Virus record (IMG/VR): IMGVR_UViG_3300021371_000014
Coordinates: 1 to 63,139 of that record
Length of the DNA stretch: 63,139 nucleotides
Source of the DNA: a virus
Taxonomy: Duplodnaviria > Caudoviricetes
Direction: 5' to 3' (one strand)
Made by a program: the position numbers and the translations under genes. This document shows, piece by piece, positions 26,472-35,587 of the stretch. The number at the start of each line of letters is the position of its first letter. Within the stretch, counting starts at the first letter, position 1. The notes under the pieces are model-generated. The model worked only from the letters and a program-made list of their open reading frames with translations. It was not told where the DNA came from and did no database searches.

Positions 26472-26500
26472 GTATCCTGAGCACGATGTAAAAAGGCTCA
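26472..26500 (+). ncRNA. Compact H-type pseudoknot after the tRNA cluster
   Basis: S1 GTATC/GATGT, S2 TGAGC/GCTCA, A-rich linker. Confidence 0.35.
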
Positions 26501-26517
26501 CCTTATACTAAAGTATA

Positions 26518-26547
26518 ATGTACACTTCTCCATATTCTATATAGAAT
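26518..26547 (+). promoter_or_regulatory. Early promoter
   Basis: ATGTAC-N18-TAGAAT. Confidence 0.5.
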
Positions 26548-26553
26548 GGCTCT

Positions 26554-26778
26554 ATGAAAAAATTTAATGTACACGTAATCTGGAATCATGGCTTTGAACA
26601 TGATTATACCATTAGAGGCGGTGATGTTGGATCTAGAGGTGATGTTGTACAATCAGCAAAAGATCATCTAGATAGTATCACTCACTTAAAAGCATATAAA
26701 ATCACTGACGAGGACGGGAATGTAATTCATGAAAAACAAACCTTTAGTACCGAAATTAGCGACGTTAAATTCCATTAA
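26554..26778 (+). CDS. Hypothetical protein
   Basis: ORF after promoter. Confidence 0.6.
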   Translation: MKKFNVHVIWNHGFEHDYTIRGGDVGSRGDVVQSAKDHLDSITHLKAYKITDEDGNVIHEKQTFSTEISDVKFH

Positions 26779-26938
26779 TGAAGAAATCAATTTTCTAGAA
26801 AATCTTGGAAGTTATTCTGCTATCCAAGAAGAGTCTCTAGAAGAATTGCGCACGATTAGATATGAAATTGAAAAGGAATTAAAGTATGACAAAGTCACAG
26901 CGTTTAAAAATGATCAAGCGGATCGCGAAGAAAGTTGA
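26729..26938 (+). CDS. Hypothetical protein (overlaps both neighbours)
   Basis: Fills the 26778-26886 gap. Confidence 0.4.
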   Translation: MKNKPLVPKLATLNSINEEINFLENLGSYSAIQEESLEELRTIRYEIEKELKYDKVTAFKNDQADREES

Positions 26939-27098
26939 TAGAGAAAGAACAGTATCGGCTAAACTTGCAAAAAAAGAACTTGACGCATTCGATAAAAAAA
27001 ATATGTACTTATCCGATAAAGAGGTTTATAATACTCTAGAAGGTTCAGGTATTATGGATACCTATTCAGCAATGAAAGGATATGATTCATGGCAATAA
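26886..27098 (+). CDS. Hypothetical protein
   Basis: AAGGA RBS. Confidence 0.65.
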   Translation: MTKSQRLKMIKRIAKKVDRERTVSAKLAKKELDAFDKKNMYLSDKEVYNTLEGSGIMDTYSAMKGYDSWQ

Positions 27099-27409
27099 GT
27101 CGTAGAAAAAAATTACTTCGCGAAGAAAAACTCCGAGTTAAATCTGTGGAGCTTCGTCGCAATAAAAAGTTTGCATCGTCGATAACCACTAAGGAATTCA
27201 AACAGTATGCACCGCCGGTCACGTATTATCGCCAACCGCAAGAAATCCCTAGCTTTTCGTCGGCGGCGGCAATTCATGGAACTAAGAAAGAAGCCCAAGT
27301 ATACACTGGCGAATATATCACGGGCCTTGCGACTATGCATAAATCGAATATTGTACCGGTAGGTCGCGGCGATGATCCTAAAAACTACTCAACCATGAGG
27401 AGGAACTAA
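27089..27409 (+). CDS. Conserved T4-like hypothetical protein
   Basis: YTGEYITGLATMHKSNIVPV motif. Confidence 0.7.
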   Translation: MAISRRKKLLREEKLRVKSVELRRNKKFASSITTKEFKQYAPPVTYYRQPQEIPSFSSAAAIHGTKKEAQVYTGEYITGLATMHKSNIVPVGRGDDPKNYSTMRRN

Positions 27410-28143
27410 TGGCAAATAAAAATAAAGATTTATTGAAAACTGGAATTCGTAATATTCCTATTGATAAAGATTTCGATGCTGTCCAATATCATTTTGGATA
27501 CTCACTTGAAAAGAAAGATATATCAAAACTTTTTAAAGCTTACATTAAGAAAAATTATTCAAAAGAAGATTACGATGCAATAATGGCAAATGCTGAATGG
27601 AACTTCAGCACTTACTCTGGCGTTGCATCTGCTGCGTACTGGATGGATCAAGGAAAAGAATTTCCTAAAGGTTACGAGCGTTTTCCGGAAGAAGTTAAAG
27701 GTTATATCAATAATCTAATTCTAAAAGGCAAAGGGCTTCTCAGAACTAAACGGATTCTTGAAGAAGCTTCAACGGCAAAAAAGTTTTATACGCCACAACA
27801 ACGCCTATTGATGAAAATCGATAATACTGTCATGATGGATATCGATAAGCTCGAAGACGAATGGTATGAGGGCGAAAAAACAACTTTAGATATCGTAACA
27901 TCATTTCGTATTAATGAGTTAAAAGGTATGGCAGTCAATCCAGTTGTGGCGTATCTTAATCGTATGTTACCCGAGTATGAAGATGCTCATAGTGGTGTAT
28001 GTAAACAAGCAAAGGAAGCATATGCGCACCTGGGTAAACGAGAGCTTACTCGTAGAATTAAGTGTATTACTACTATGATCGATCAATTACAAGAATGGAA
28101 ACTTTCTCAAGCAGCTAAGAGGAAGAAAAGGACTAAAAAATGA
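27409..28143 (+). CDS. Hypothetical protein
   Basis: GAGGAGG RBS; AKEAYAHL motif. Confidence 0.7.
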   Translation: MANKNKDLLKTGIRNIPIDKDFDAVQYHFGYSLEKKDISKLFKAYIKKNYSKEDYDAIMANAEWNFSTYSGVASAAYWMDQGKEFPKGYERFPEEVKGYINNLILKGKGLLRTKRILEEASTAKKFYTPQQRLLMKIDNTVMMDIDKLEDEWYEGEKTTLDIVTSFRINELKGMAVNPVVAYLNRMLPEYEDAHSGVCKQAKEAYAHLGKRELTRRIKCITTMIDQLQEWKLSQAAKRKKRTKK

Positions 28144-28376
28144 TTGAAAAAAGTTTTCTGACTAAATCAAAGTTTTCGAAATTAATTGAGCAAACTGTAA
28201 TTGCTAAACGATTATCATATATGGATGCTATTGTTTGGCTATGCGAAGAGCATGCAATTGAAATTGAAGATATTAAGAAATTTATTTCACCGGCAATTAA
28301 AGATAAATTAGAGGCAGAAGCTCGCCGGTTAAACTTCTTGCCTCGTCAAAATACTTTAGACTCTGTCATGGTATAA
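28140..28376 (+). CDS. gp33: Late transcription coactivator gp33
   Basis: FSKLIE...SYMDAIVWLCEE...KDKLEAEARRLNFL; position before gp32. Confidence 0.85.
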   Translation: MIEKSFLTKSKFSKLIEQTVIAKRLSYMDAIVWLCEEHAIEIEDIKKFISPAIKDKLEAEARRLNFLPRQNTLDSVMV

Positions 28377-28412
28377 ATAAAGGTGTACTTTAGTACGCAT
28401 ATAGTGTATAAT
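28372..28412 (+). promoter_or_regulatory. Stacked late (TATAAATA 28372-28379) and early (GTGTAC-N18-TATAAT 28383-28412) promoters for gene 32
   Basis: Consensus matches upstream of TAAGGA RBS. Confidence 0.7.
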
Positions 28413-28447
28413 ACAGTAATATATTTCAGCAACATAAGGACAATACA

Positions 28448-29341
28448 ATGTCATTTTCAAATCTAAAGCGTAACAAAAATCAAATCGATAAGCTTATTCA
28501 AGCTGCAGAAAAAGTCGGTGGTTCTACTGAAAAAAAGTCATACGGAGACGATCGTTTCTGGAAACCTACAGTAGATAAAGCTGGCAATGGTTATGCAGTC
28601 ATTCGGTTTTTGCCTGCTCCTGAAGGAGAAGATTTACCATGGGTACGATATTGGGATCATGGATTTAAAGGTCCTACCGGTATGTGGTATATCGAAAACT
28701 CTCTAACTTCAATTGGTCAAACTGATCCAGTTGGAGATCTCAACTCACGACTTTGGAATTCTGGTGTTGAATCAGATAAAGAAAAAGCACGTGATCAAAA
28801 GCGTCGTCTACACTATGTAACAAATATTTACGTAGTATCAGACTCGGGAAATCCAGAAAATGAAGGGAAAGTTTTCCTTTATAAGTTTGGTAAAAAAATC
28901 TTTGATAAAATTATGGACGTCATGCAACCAGCATTTGACGATGAGACACCGATTAATCCATTTGATTTTTGGAAAGGTGCCAACTTTAAATTGAAGATTC
29001 GTAATGTTGAAGGTTATCGTAACTACGATAAATCAGAATTTGAATCAGTCTCAGTATTGAATGATAATGATGATGAACTTGAAACAGTTTATAATGGCCT
29101 TAATTCTCTACAAGAATTTGTAGATCCAAAGAATTACAAAACTTACGACGAGTTAAAAGCAAAACTCATGCGTGTACTTGGTGAAGAAGTAGAAGCTGGT
29201 GCTCTTACTTTAAAACAGGAATCTCAAATTAATGAGCCTGCTCCACCAAAATTGGAACCAGTCACAGCTGACGAAATTCCATTTGACACCGATGAAGATG
29301 ACACTATGTCATACTTTGCAAAGTTAGCAGCAGACGACTAA
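28448..29341 (+). CDS. gp32: Single-stranded DNA-binding protein gp32
   Basis: DDRFWKP..DKAGNGYAVIRFLP; HGFKG; GKVFLYKFGKKIFDKI; NYDKSEF; acidic tail. Confidence 0.95.
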   Translation: MSFSNLKRNKNQIDKLIQAAEKVGGSTEKKSYGDDRFWKPTVDKAGNGYAVIRFLPAPEGEDLPWVRYWDHGFKGPTGMWYIENSLTSIGQTDPVGDLNSRLWNSGVESDKEKARDQKRRLHYVTNIYVVSDSGNPENEGKVFLYKFGKKIFDKIMDVMQPAFDDETPINPFDFWKGANFKLKIRNVEGYRNYDKSEFESVSVLNDNDDELETVYNGLNSLQEFVDPKNYKTYDELKAKLMRVLGEEVEAGALTLKQESQINEPAPPKLEPVTADEIPFDTDEDDTMSYFAKLAADD

Positions 29342-31050
29342 GATAATAAACTCTTACCATCAATTTGCGCCACGCCTAGTGGCGCAGATACTGCAACTCC
29401 AGAACTATTAAATTGTCTAGCATCTGTTGCAACCGGTGCATATACAATAGCCTGACCACTATTCTCGCCAAATCCTTGAAAGAACCTAAAATCATCTGAG
29501 GATATCTTTGGCGGTTTAGGAATAAACATTTTATTGGCCGCTGATAAATTTGCACCATCTGAACCCATGTCTGAAAATTCATCTACAGATTCCGGAATAT
29601 TTACTTGCGGGCTAGTAGATCCAGGACTATTTAGCATTGAATTTAAGCCAGTCCAGTCCGGAAATGCATTAACTTTTTCCCCCATTAGATATTGAGCTAG
29701 TCCCATTCCTAACGGCCCAGACATCGTATAACCAGCAATGCCGCCCATTAAAGATCCAATTAATGCGCCTGCAGGAGCTAATGGTCCAGTTAGCATTCCA
29801 CCTAGAGCTGCACCTAACATGGCACCTCCGCCGGATCCTAATATACTCGCAAATGTCCCACCTAAAGCTGGGACTTTACTTTCAAAGCTACCTTCTTGAC
29901 CTAGAATAGAATATATATCATACGCGCCCATTAACCAACCAATGCCGGGTGCTCTTAAAAATTTTGCAAGTCTTCCATGTTTTCCACTGGAAATAAGAGC
30001 TTCTTGCATTTTAGCATTAGATGCTACATTTCCGGTAGCTTTATCATATAAAGCTCCGCCTTTTCTTTCTAGACCTAACTTATTTAATTTTTTATCTGTC
30101 ATTTTCTCTAGATCAGTATTCATTTGAAATCTAGATTTTTCTGTCATTTTTGGCGCGCCACCGGCCACGCCAGCACCGCCACCCGGAGGAGTTAATCCCA
30201 TCATTGAAGAATTAAGCTTACTTATTGCAAGGCCTAGGCCCGCTACGGTTTTTGCAATTAGTCTTAATGTTCCACCTGGTCTAATGATTGCAGCTAGGGA
30301 GAGAAGAGTAACGCCCATCTCATCTAAATTATCGACGAATCCTTCACCATCACCCGTTAATGCGGCATTAATTCCTTCTAATGCTTTTGCTGGAGCTCCA
30401 GCTAAATATGAAAATGTTTCTGATAAATCAGGCAGTTCCATATTAAAAAAGTCTTCTACTTTACCAGTAAAGTGAGCAATGTTCACTTCTAAATTTTCGA
30501 ACTCAATCTCCATTTTTTGTCTATTTGCGGGAGACATTACCATTCCAGTAACAAATCCTAGTGCAGCAAACTTCTTGCCAAACAATAGACCGAGTGCACC
30601 GAGGTTTAAACCTCTATAGATTGCATCAGCAAAATCTTTACTTCCTGTTTCACTTTCAATATAATCAGCAATCTCATCTGCAAATGCTTTAGCTAATAAT
30701 GCGGGAAGAGCTCGCCCTAAGAGGAATTTAGGCAGCTGCGAAGCTAATGCTGCACCTAACCCAAATAGACCACCCTGCGGAAACATATCGGCGAATCCAC
30801 TAAATAGACCTCCACCTTTTCCACTAGAGCTCTTGCCCTTGGACGTTTGAACCTCCACGCGACGGCTGGTTGCCTTGCTTTCAAGATCTTCTTCAAGTTC
30901 CTTGAACTTATCTTTTTCAAATAGGCCTTTTAGCATACCTATATTTTTTGCAGTCAGCGATGTCGATTTATCGATATTTTGAAGAGCAATTGTTTGCTTT
31001 TCATTCTTATCTTGAAGCAATTTGCTAATATCTGAAAGCGTTACAGCCAT
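29338..31050 (-). CDS. Putative tail tape measure / baseplate hub protein (gp29-like)
   Basis: 570 aa, helical, Gly/Ala-rich hydrophobic repeats; directly downstream of gp26/gp51. Confidence 0.6.
   Translation of the reverse strand: MAVTLSDISKLLQDKNEKQTIALQNIDKSTSLTAKNIGMLKGLFEKDKFKELEEDLESKATSRRVEVQTSKGKSSSGKGGGLFSGFADMFPQGGLFGLGAALASQLPKFLLGRALPALLAKAFADEIADYIESETGSKDFADAIYRGLNLGALGLLFGKKFAALGFVTGMVMSPANRQKMEIEFENLEVNIAHFTGKVEDFFNMELPDLSETFSYLAGAPAKALEGINAALTGDGEGFVDNLDEMGVTLLSLAAIIRPGGTLRLIAKTVAGLGLAISKLNSSMMGLTPPGGGAGVAGGAPKMTEKSRFQMNTDLEKMTDKKLNKLGLERKGGALYDKATGNVASNAKMQEALISSGKHGRLAKFLRAPGIGWLMGAYDIYSILGQEGSFESKVPALGGTFASILGSGGGAMLGAALGGMLTGPLAPAGALIGSLMGGIAGYTMSGPLGMGLAQYLMGEKVNAFPDWTGLNSMLNSPGSTSPQVNIPESVDEFSDMGSDGANLSAANKMFIPKPPKISSDDFRFFQGFGENSGQAIVYAPVATDARQFNSSGVAVSAPLGVAQIDGKSLLS
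29366..29386. terminator. GC-rich hairpin at the convergent gp32/tape-measure junction
   Basis: TGCGCCAC-GCCTA-GTGGCGCA; no clear U-tract. Confidence 0.3.
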
Positions 31051-31055
31051 TCTTA

Positions 31056-31235
31056 TTATCCTTTTTGAGCTTTCTCATTTTTTTCTTGGAGATCATTGAG
31101 CAACAATGCCAAGTAAATTTCTCTCTCCCACGGAATCATTCCTTCAATATCAATTAGCGAATAATTAAAATTTTGTAAAAGCTGGAAATTAGTTTTATAA
31201 TAGTTCTCCAGTGATTCATGTGAGAGGCTAATTAA
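31056..31235 (-). CDS. gp51: gp51-like baseplate hub assembly segment, probably translated by -1 frameshift from gp26
   Basis: -1 frame: LISLSHESLENYYKTNFQLLQNFNYSLIDIEGMIPWEREIYLALL...; no upstream ATG/RBS; begins at T8 slippery run. Confidence 0.7.
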   Translation of the reverse strand, partial: LISLSHESLENYYKTNFQLLQNFNYSLIDIEGMIPWEREIYLALLLNDLQEKNEKAQKG

Positions 31236-31936
31236 AAAAAATCGTCTATTCCTTCCAATACCGCAGTATTATTATGTCCACAACTTACACATTTAAATGC
31301 GATATCATGTTTAATCGCCGGCATATCTTCGATAAATGCACTTGCTTTTGAGAACTGTTCGGCAGTCATTGACTCAACAAACTCTATAATTGCTTCTCTT
31401 GGTTCATCAGCTAGCTTAATGTTTTCATCATCTGTCATGACAGAGTCAATTGAACAAATAATAATTTCCATGATCATTGCCGTTCTAGTATCAGCATCAA
31501 AAATATTACTCTTTAAAAATCTTTCATACGTCGGATATTTCATTTTAATAGATATTTTATCTGTCATTTCAATAATGTCGTTTTTTTCGGGCACGTCAAT
31601 ATTAATTTTTTCTAAATCTATTTGTGTATCATTTGCTGTTGAGCATTCTGAGCATGAGAATTGTGCATCTATTTTTTCACCAGTTGACTTAGCTCGAATT
31701 TGAGTAAATATATAATCAACATCAAATATAGCTAAATCATACACATTAACTCCGTCAACACAAGCTTCGATCGTATCGATAATTGAAGTCAATATTTGAG
31801 TCTTATCTTTAGACTCAGCCGCCAGTAATAATACCTTTTGTTCTTTTACAAGGTATGGTCTAAATTTAACTTTTTGTCCGGTTGATGGTATTGTCAATTC
31901 ATATTTTGGATTTGTATTCAGTAATGGTAATGCCAT
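31232..31936 (-). CDS. gp26: Baseplate hub assembly protein gp26
   Basis: MALP...YELTIPSTG.KVKFRPYLVKEQK; IRAKSTGE; CxxC twice; ends GIDDFF. Confidence 0.85.
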   Translation of the reverse strand: MALPLLNTNPKYELTIPSTGQKVKFRPYLVKEQKVLLLAAESKDKTQILTSIIDTIEACVDGVNVYDLAIFDVDYIFTQIRAKSTGEKIDAQFSCSECSTANDTQIDLEKINIDVPEKNDIIEMTDKISIKMKYPTYERFLKSNIFDADTRTAMIMEIIICSIDSVMTDDENIKLADEPREAIIEFVESMTAEQFSKASAFIEDMPAIKHDIAFKCVSCGHNNTAVLEGIDDFF

Positions 31937-31947
31937 AATAATTCCTG

Positions 31948-32664
31948 TTAAAATATTTGTCCTAAGGACGGTGTTACTTCAAATATGCTCGAAGACTTTT
32001 GTACTCTCTTATGCCTAGTATAAGAAAGAGAGACTGTTATTTCGACTAATCCATCTAGATCATTCGAAAAATCAATTTGGCTAATCGTAGTTGGAAATGC
32101 ATTCATTAATTCTATACTATATACTATTTGTCCACCAATTCCAGCACTTAAACGAATAGGACCCAAATTTGCAGTTAAATTAAGCAAAGGCTTTCTTAAC
32201 TGATGGATCGTTACTGTCCTAGCATAATCTTTTTTATAATGTGCAACTTGCAATTCTTCATCTAATACTAACTTCTGCCATTCCTCTAGATAATTTAGAA
32301 TTCCATAGTCATTTAATACATAAAATGTAAGACTAACATCAGATACTGCATACCCATATGCAATTTTCTCGTTTGTCATTCCAATTTTACGATCTGTAGT
32401 TAAAATTTGTTTACCGGGCAAAGATGCACTTTTGCATAAGATGTTTAATTCATTTCCATCCGGAACATTATTACCAGTTAACCCTGGAATCGATGGAGCA
32501 AATCCACTTAATGCGGTGCCAGCTGCATCACCTAAATTTTTTCTTAATAAATTAGATAAGCCATTTCCTGGCCCAAGAGGCTGCATTGTAACTAGAAAAG
32601 AATTTGTTCTAGCAAATCCTAAACGAGATGAGACTAAAGATTTTAATTGGTCTACACTTGCCAT
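31948..32664 (-). CDS. gp54: Tail tube initiator / tube-like protein (gp54 family)
   Basis: ARTNSFLV; LCKSASLPG; NAFPTTI...FS; start re-assigned to MASVDQ (TAATG coupling). Confidence 0.7.
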   Translation of the reverse strand: MASVDQLKSLVSSRLGFARTNSFLVTMQPLGPGNGLSNLLRKNLGDAAGTALSGFAPSIPGLTGNNVPDGNELNILCKSASLPGKQILTTDRKIGMTNEKIAYGYAVSDVSLTFYVLNDYGILNYLEEWQKLVLDEELQVAHYKKDYARTVTIHQLRKPLLNLTANLGPIRLSAGIGGQIVYSIELMNAFPTTISQIDFSNDLDGLVEITVSLSYTRHKRVQKSSSIFEVTPSLGQIF

Positions 32665-33248
32665 TATAGCATTTTCCTTGATTCGCCGTATACCTGAGCT
32701 GCTGTTTTCTTTTCGAACATCGCTGTTGGTAAAAACGTTGCAATTTCCCATTCAGTTGCATTTACTTTTGCAAACTGGCTTTTTACTTGTGACGTCAAAT
32801 AGTGTTTAAAGCACGGCTTAAAGTATTTAAATTTTTGAGCTCTTTTTAACAATTCATAAGACATTTTAAATTTAGTACTATCTGTATACTTTGCATCAGT
32901 TGTAATATCAAGTAATTTATCTAGGAATTGTGCTCGAAGAGTAGGTGGTAAATAATGCAAGTTTAAACCATGAAATCCTTTTTCTGCTGGACCGACCACA
33001 ATTACTAATGGGAACTTATCGTAATATGGTAACGTATCCTTATGCTTTGGATCATAGAAAAACATATACATTGATCCAACTACACTTTTGTTTTCTTGAT
33101 CTAGGTCTTTACTATTTAATAAACTGTCTCTATTAATTCTGCGAAGCTGTTGTGCCTTTCTACGAAACCAATCACGGGATTCTTGAGTTCGTGGAGTAAT
33201 ACCAGCTTTAAACGCTTGTATTTGTAAGTTTTGAAATAGATTACTCAT
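32664..33248 (-). CDS. gp2: DNA end protector protein gp2
   Basis: MYMFFYDPKHKDTLPYYDKFPL; GLNLHYLP; PCFKHYL. Confidence 0.9.
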   Translation of the reverse strand: MSNLFQNLQIQAFKAGITPRTQESRDWFRRKAQQLRRINRDSLLNSKDLDQENKSVVGSMYMFFYDPKHKDTLPYYDKFPLVIVVGPAEKGFHGLNLHYLPPTLRAQFLDKLLDITTDAKYTDSTKFKMSYELLKRAQKFKYFKPCFKHYLTSQVKSQFAKVNATEWEIATFLPTAMFEKKTAAQVYGESRKML

Positions 33249-33283
33249 TTATTAGCCTTCGAAAAACTCTTTTTCTATGATGT

Positions 33284-33291
33284 TATTTATA
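33284..33291 (-). promoter_or_regulatory. Late promoter (minus strand)
   Basis: TATAAATA upstream of gp2. Confidence 0.7.
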
Positions 33292-33292
33292 T

Positions 33293-33796
33293 CTATTTTT
33301 TGGATTTTTTCTTTCGATAAGGCTGCATCTTTTTCAAAGGTTTTTTGATTTTGCCTGGCATAGCTTTCTGTAGCAATCCCATTTCTCTAAGAGTGTCTTC
33401 GGTCCAGATTTGAAATTCCCATTGCCTATCTGTACAATACTCATTGGCCGCTTCCCACTTATTCATGTTCTTAATATACGTTAATCCTTCGTTAATATAA
33501 CGTTTTGTCCTCCGCTCGCCCGCGGGAGGTTTAGTTTCTTTATCGGGTTTGATTTCAATCAACAGCGTTTTATCATCTAGAATAATCTTAAGATCTGGAA
33601 AATAGCGATGATACTTTTTATCAACATCGTAATAGTATGGAATAACAACTTCTTCGGATGACCACCCCTTGACTTTTGGATTAGTGTCACACCAGATAAA
33701 GCAATACTTTTCCCACAGCGATCGATAGATCACGTTATCAGGATTGCCTTTATATTTGTTTTTGTTGATTACTTGATATTTTCCGGAATACGCCAT
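33293..33796 (-). CDS. gp4: Head completion nuclease gp4
   Basis: KYKGNP..VIYRSLWE; WSSEE..IPY; HRYFPD; IEIKP; NMNKWEAA. Confidence 0.9.
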   Translation of the reverse strand: MAYSGKYQVINKNKYKGNPDNVIYRSLWEKYCFIWCDTNPKVKGWSSEEVVIPYYYDVDKKYHRYFPDLKIILDDKTLLIEIKPDKETKPPAGERRTKRYINEGLTYIKNMNKWEAANEYCTDRQWEFQIWTEDTLREMGLLQKAMPGKIKKPLKKMQPYRKKKSKK

Positions 33797-33803
33797 TTTC
33801 TGT

Positions 33804-33811
33804 TATAAATA
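33804..33811 (+). promoter_or_regulatory. Late promoter for the baseplate operon
   Basis: TATAAATA in divergent intergenic region; TATAGATA variant on minus strand at 33826-33833. Confidence 0.7.
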
Positions 33812-33842
33812 TGATTATAATATTCTATCTATAGGTATACGT

Positions 33843-34838
33843 ATGGACGACGAATTCGAGTTTGATCCAATTTACACATCTCCGACGTTGGAGTATCCTC
33901 TTAGTTCAGAAGAAAGGAGTAATTCCTTTATTGATTTTGAAATTATAGAGACTATTCCTCCTTCGTTTTCGCTAGACTTTTCATCGGCATTTCAATGGAA
34001 AGAGACCGGGCGCATTCGTAGCGAATCAGCTGCGCAAATTCGAAAGCTAGATACAATAGCGACTGGACGAAAAGTAAAACTATATGTTCCACAATCCCAT
34101 GCAGTATCAGAAACATTTGGTTATCAAACGCCAGATTTAGGTATAACTGGTGGTGCTTTGGCTGGATCTATGGAGCAAGGCGGAGACGTAACCAGTGCAG
34201 CATCTGCAGCTTTTAAACAAGGGTTTCAAGGAATATCTAATCTAGTTGATGCTTTTAATGGAACTGATTTGGGTAGATTGGGTATTGTTCGAGGAGCAGC
34301 TGCAGCACCTATAGGAGATAAAGTTAGGAATGCTATAGCCGTAACTGCTAGAACAAGTTTACATCCAAATACGCGCGCGGTATTCGAAAGACCTAATATT
34401 AGAAAATTTAATTTCTTATTTAAGTTTATTCCTTCATCAAAAGAAGAATCGGATCAGGTAAAAGAGATTATATACTATTTCAGGTATAATTCATACCCAT
34501 CGCAAATTGATGCTGGAGTACCAGGAAGTAATTTTTCAACACCAGTTGGATATGAATTTCCAAATATGTTTAGAATCAAATTATACTCAAAGGTTGGAAG
34601 TACATATAAAAGAATCGGCAGTAAGATGTTAGATTGTTATTGTGAAGGAATCACTACAACATATAATCCTCAAGCCTCTGTTTTTCATCCAGATGGATCG
34701 CCGGTTGAGATTGACTTAAATCTTAACTTTATGGAACACCGCGCTATGTCTCGAAATGATCTTGAAGGTGCGTCTGCTGCAAAGAAAACAGTAATATCTA
34801 ACAGCGATTGGCGCGATACTCGTGGTAACTTATCATGA
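33843..34838 (+). CDS. gp48: Baseplate tail-tube cap gp48
   Basis: HPNTRAVFERPNIRKFNFLFKFIPSS.EES..VKEII; FPNMF; PVEIDLNLNFME. Confidence 0.8.
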   Translation: MDDEFEFDPIYTSPTLEYPLSSEERSNSFIDFEIIETIPPSFSLDFSSAFQWKETGRIRSESAAQIRKLDTIATGRKVKLYVPQSHAVSETFGYQTPDLGITGGALAGSMEQGGDVTSAASAAFKQGFQGISNLVDAFNGTDLGRLGIVRGAAAAPIGDKVRNAIAVTARTSLHPNTRAVFERPNIRKFNFLFKFIPSSKEESDQVKEIIYYFRYNSYPSQIDAGVPGSNFSTPVGYEFPNMFRIKLYSKVGSTYKRIGSKMLDCYCEGITTTYNPQASVFHPDGSPVEIDLNLNFMEHRAMSRNDLEGASAAKKTVISNSDWRDTRGNLS

Positions 34839-35587
34839 GTTATTTTAAAGATTTTCCAATTGTTGACTATAAATTTGGTGACGAAACAAATCCAGACAGA
34901 TTTCGCGATATTTCAATTTATGCCGATGTATTAGATACTATCAAAGGCGATGTTTCATTTTATCAAAAATATTATATTGGAGCTGAAGAGCGACCTGATC
35001 AAGTATCATTTAAATTATATAAAACGCCTTCGCTTCAATGGACATTCTTTCTTTTAAATGATCATCTTCGCGAAAGAGGTTGGCCGTTAACCAATAGAGA
35101 GTTATCGAAATTTGCGATGGCACAATACCCATACGTAATTATAACAACTCGAGATCCTTTATATGATCGCTTTCGAATTGGTCAAGAAGTAATTGGCACA
35201 GTTTCCGGAGTTAGAGGTATTATATCCCATAGACATTTGGACCTCGGCCAAGTTGCTATAGCTGGCGCTGATGGTGAATTCCAGCCTGGCGAAATTGTTA
35301 ACTCATATACGATTGTAGATACTCCGTTTAAAGCAATTAATACTATTGAATCGATTACGTGTATTTCAAATGGGCCAGAGTATCTAGCCGCTAAATATTA
35401 TATTAATTCCAGTGGTGACATTTTAGACCTGAATCCATCGATAGGACCTGGTCCGTTTGATATCGAAGTAACTTATTACGAAGAATTAAGCACGAAGAAT
35501 GATGAATTAAAGTCTATTAATGTCTTAAAACCAGAATCAGTTAATTCAATTGTAAGAGCATTTAAGCAGGCAATATCCATTGAGTAG
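34835..35587 (+). CDS. gp53: Baseplate wedge subunit gp53
   Basis: MSYFKDFP.VDY; ERPDQVS..LY...WTFFLLN; NDELKSINVLKP. Confidence 0.85.
   Translation: MSYFKDFPIVDYKFGDETNPDRFRDISIYADVLDTIKGDVSFYQKYYIGAEERPDQVSFKLYKTPSLQWTFFLLNDHLRERGWPLTNRELSKFAMAQYPYVIITTRDPLYDRFRIGQEVIGTVSGVRGIISHRHLDLGQVAIAGADGEFQPGEIVNSYTIVDTPFKAINTIESITCISNGPEYLAAKYYINSSGDILDLNPSIGPGPFDIEVTYYEELSTKNDELKSINVLKPESVNSIVRAFKQAISIE

Noticed and set aside
28413-28447. T4 gene 32 autoregulatory pseudoknot
   Set aside because: The leader is short and AT-rich with no pseudoknot-forming complementarity visible.
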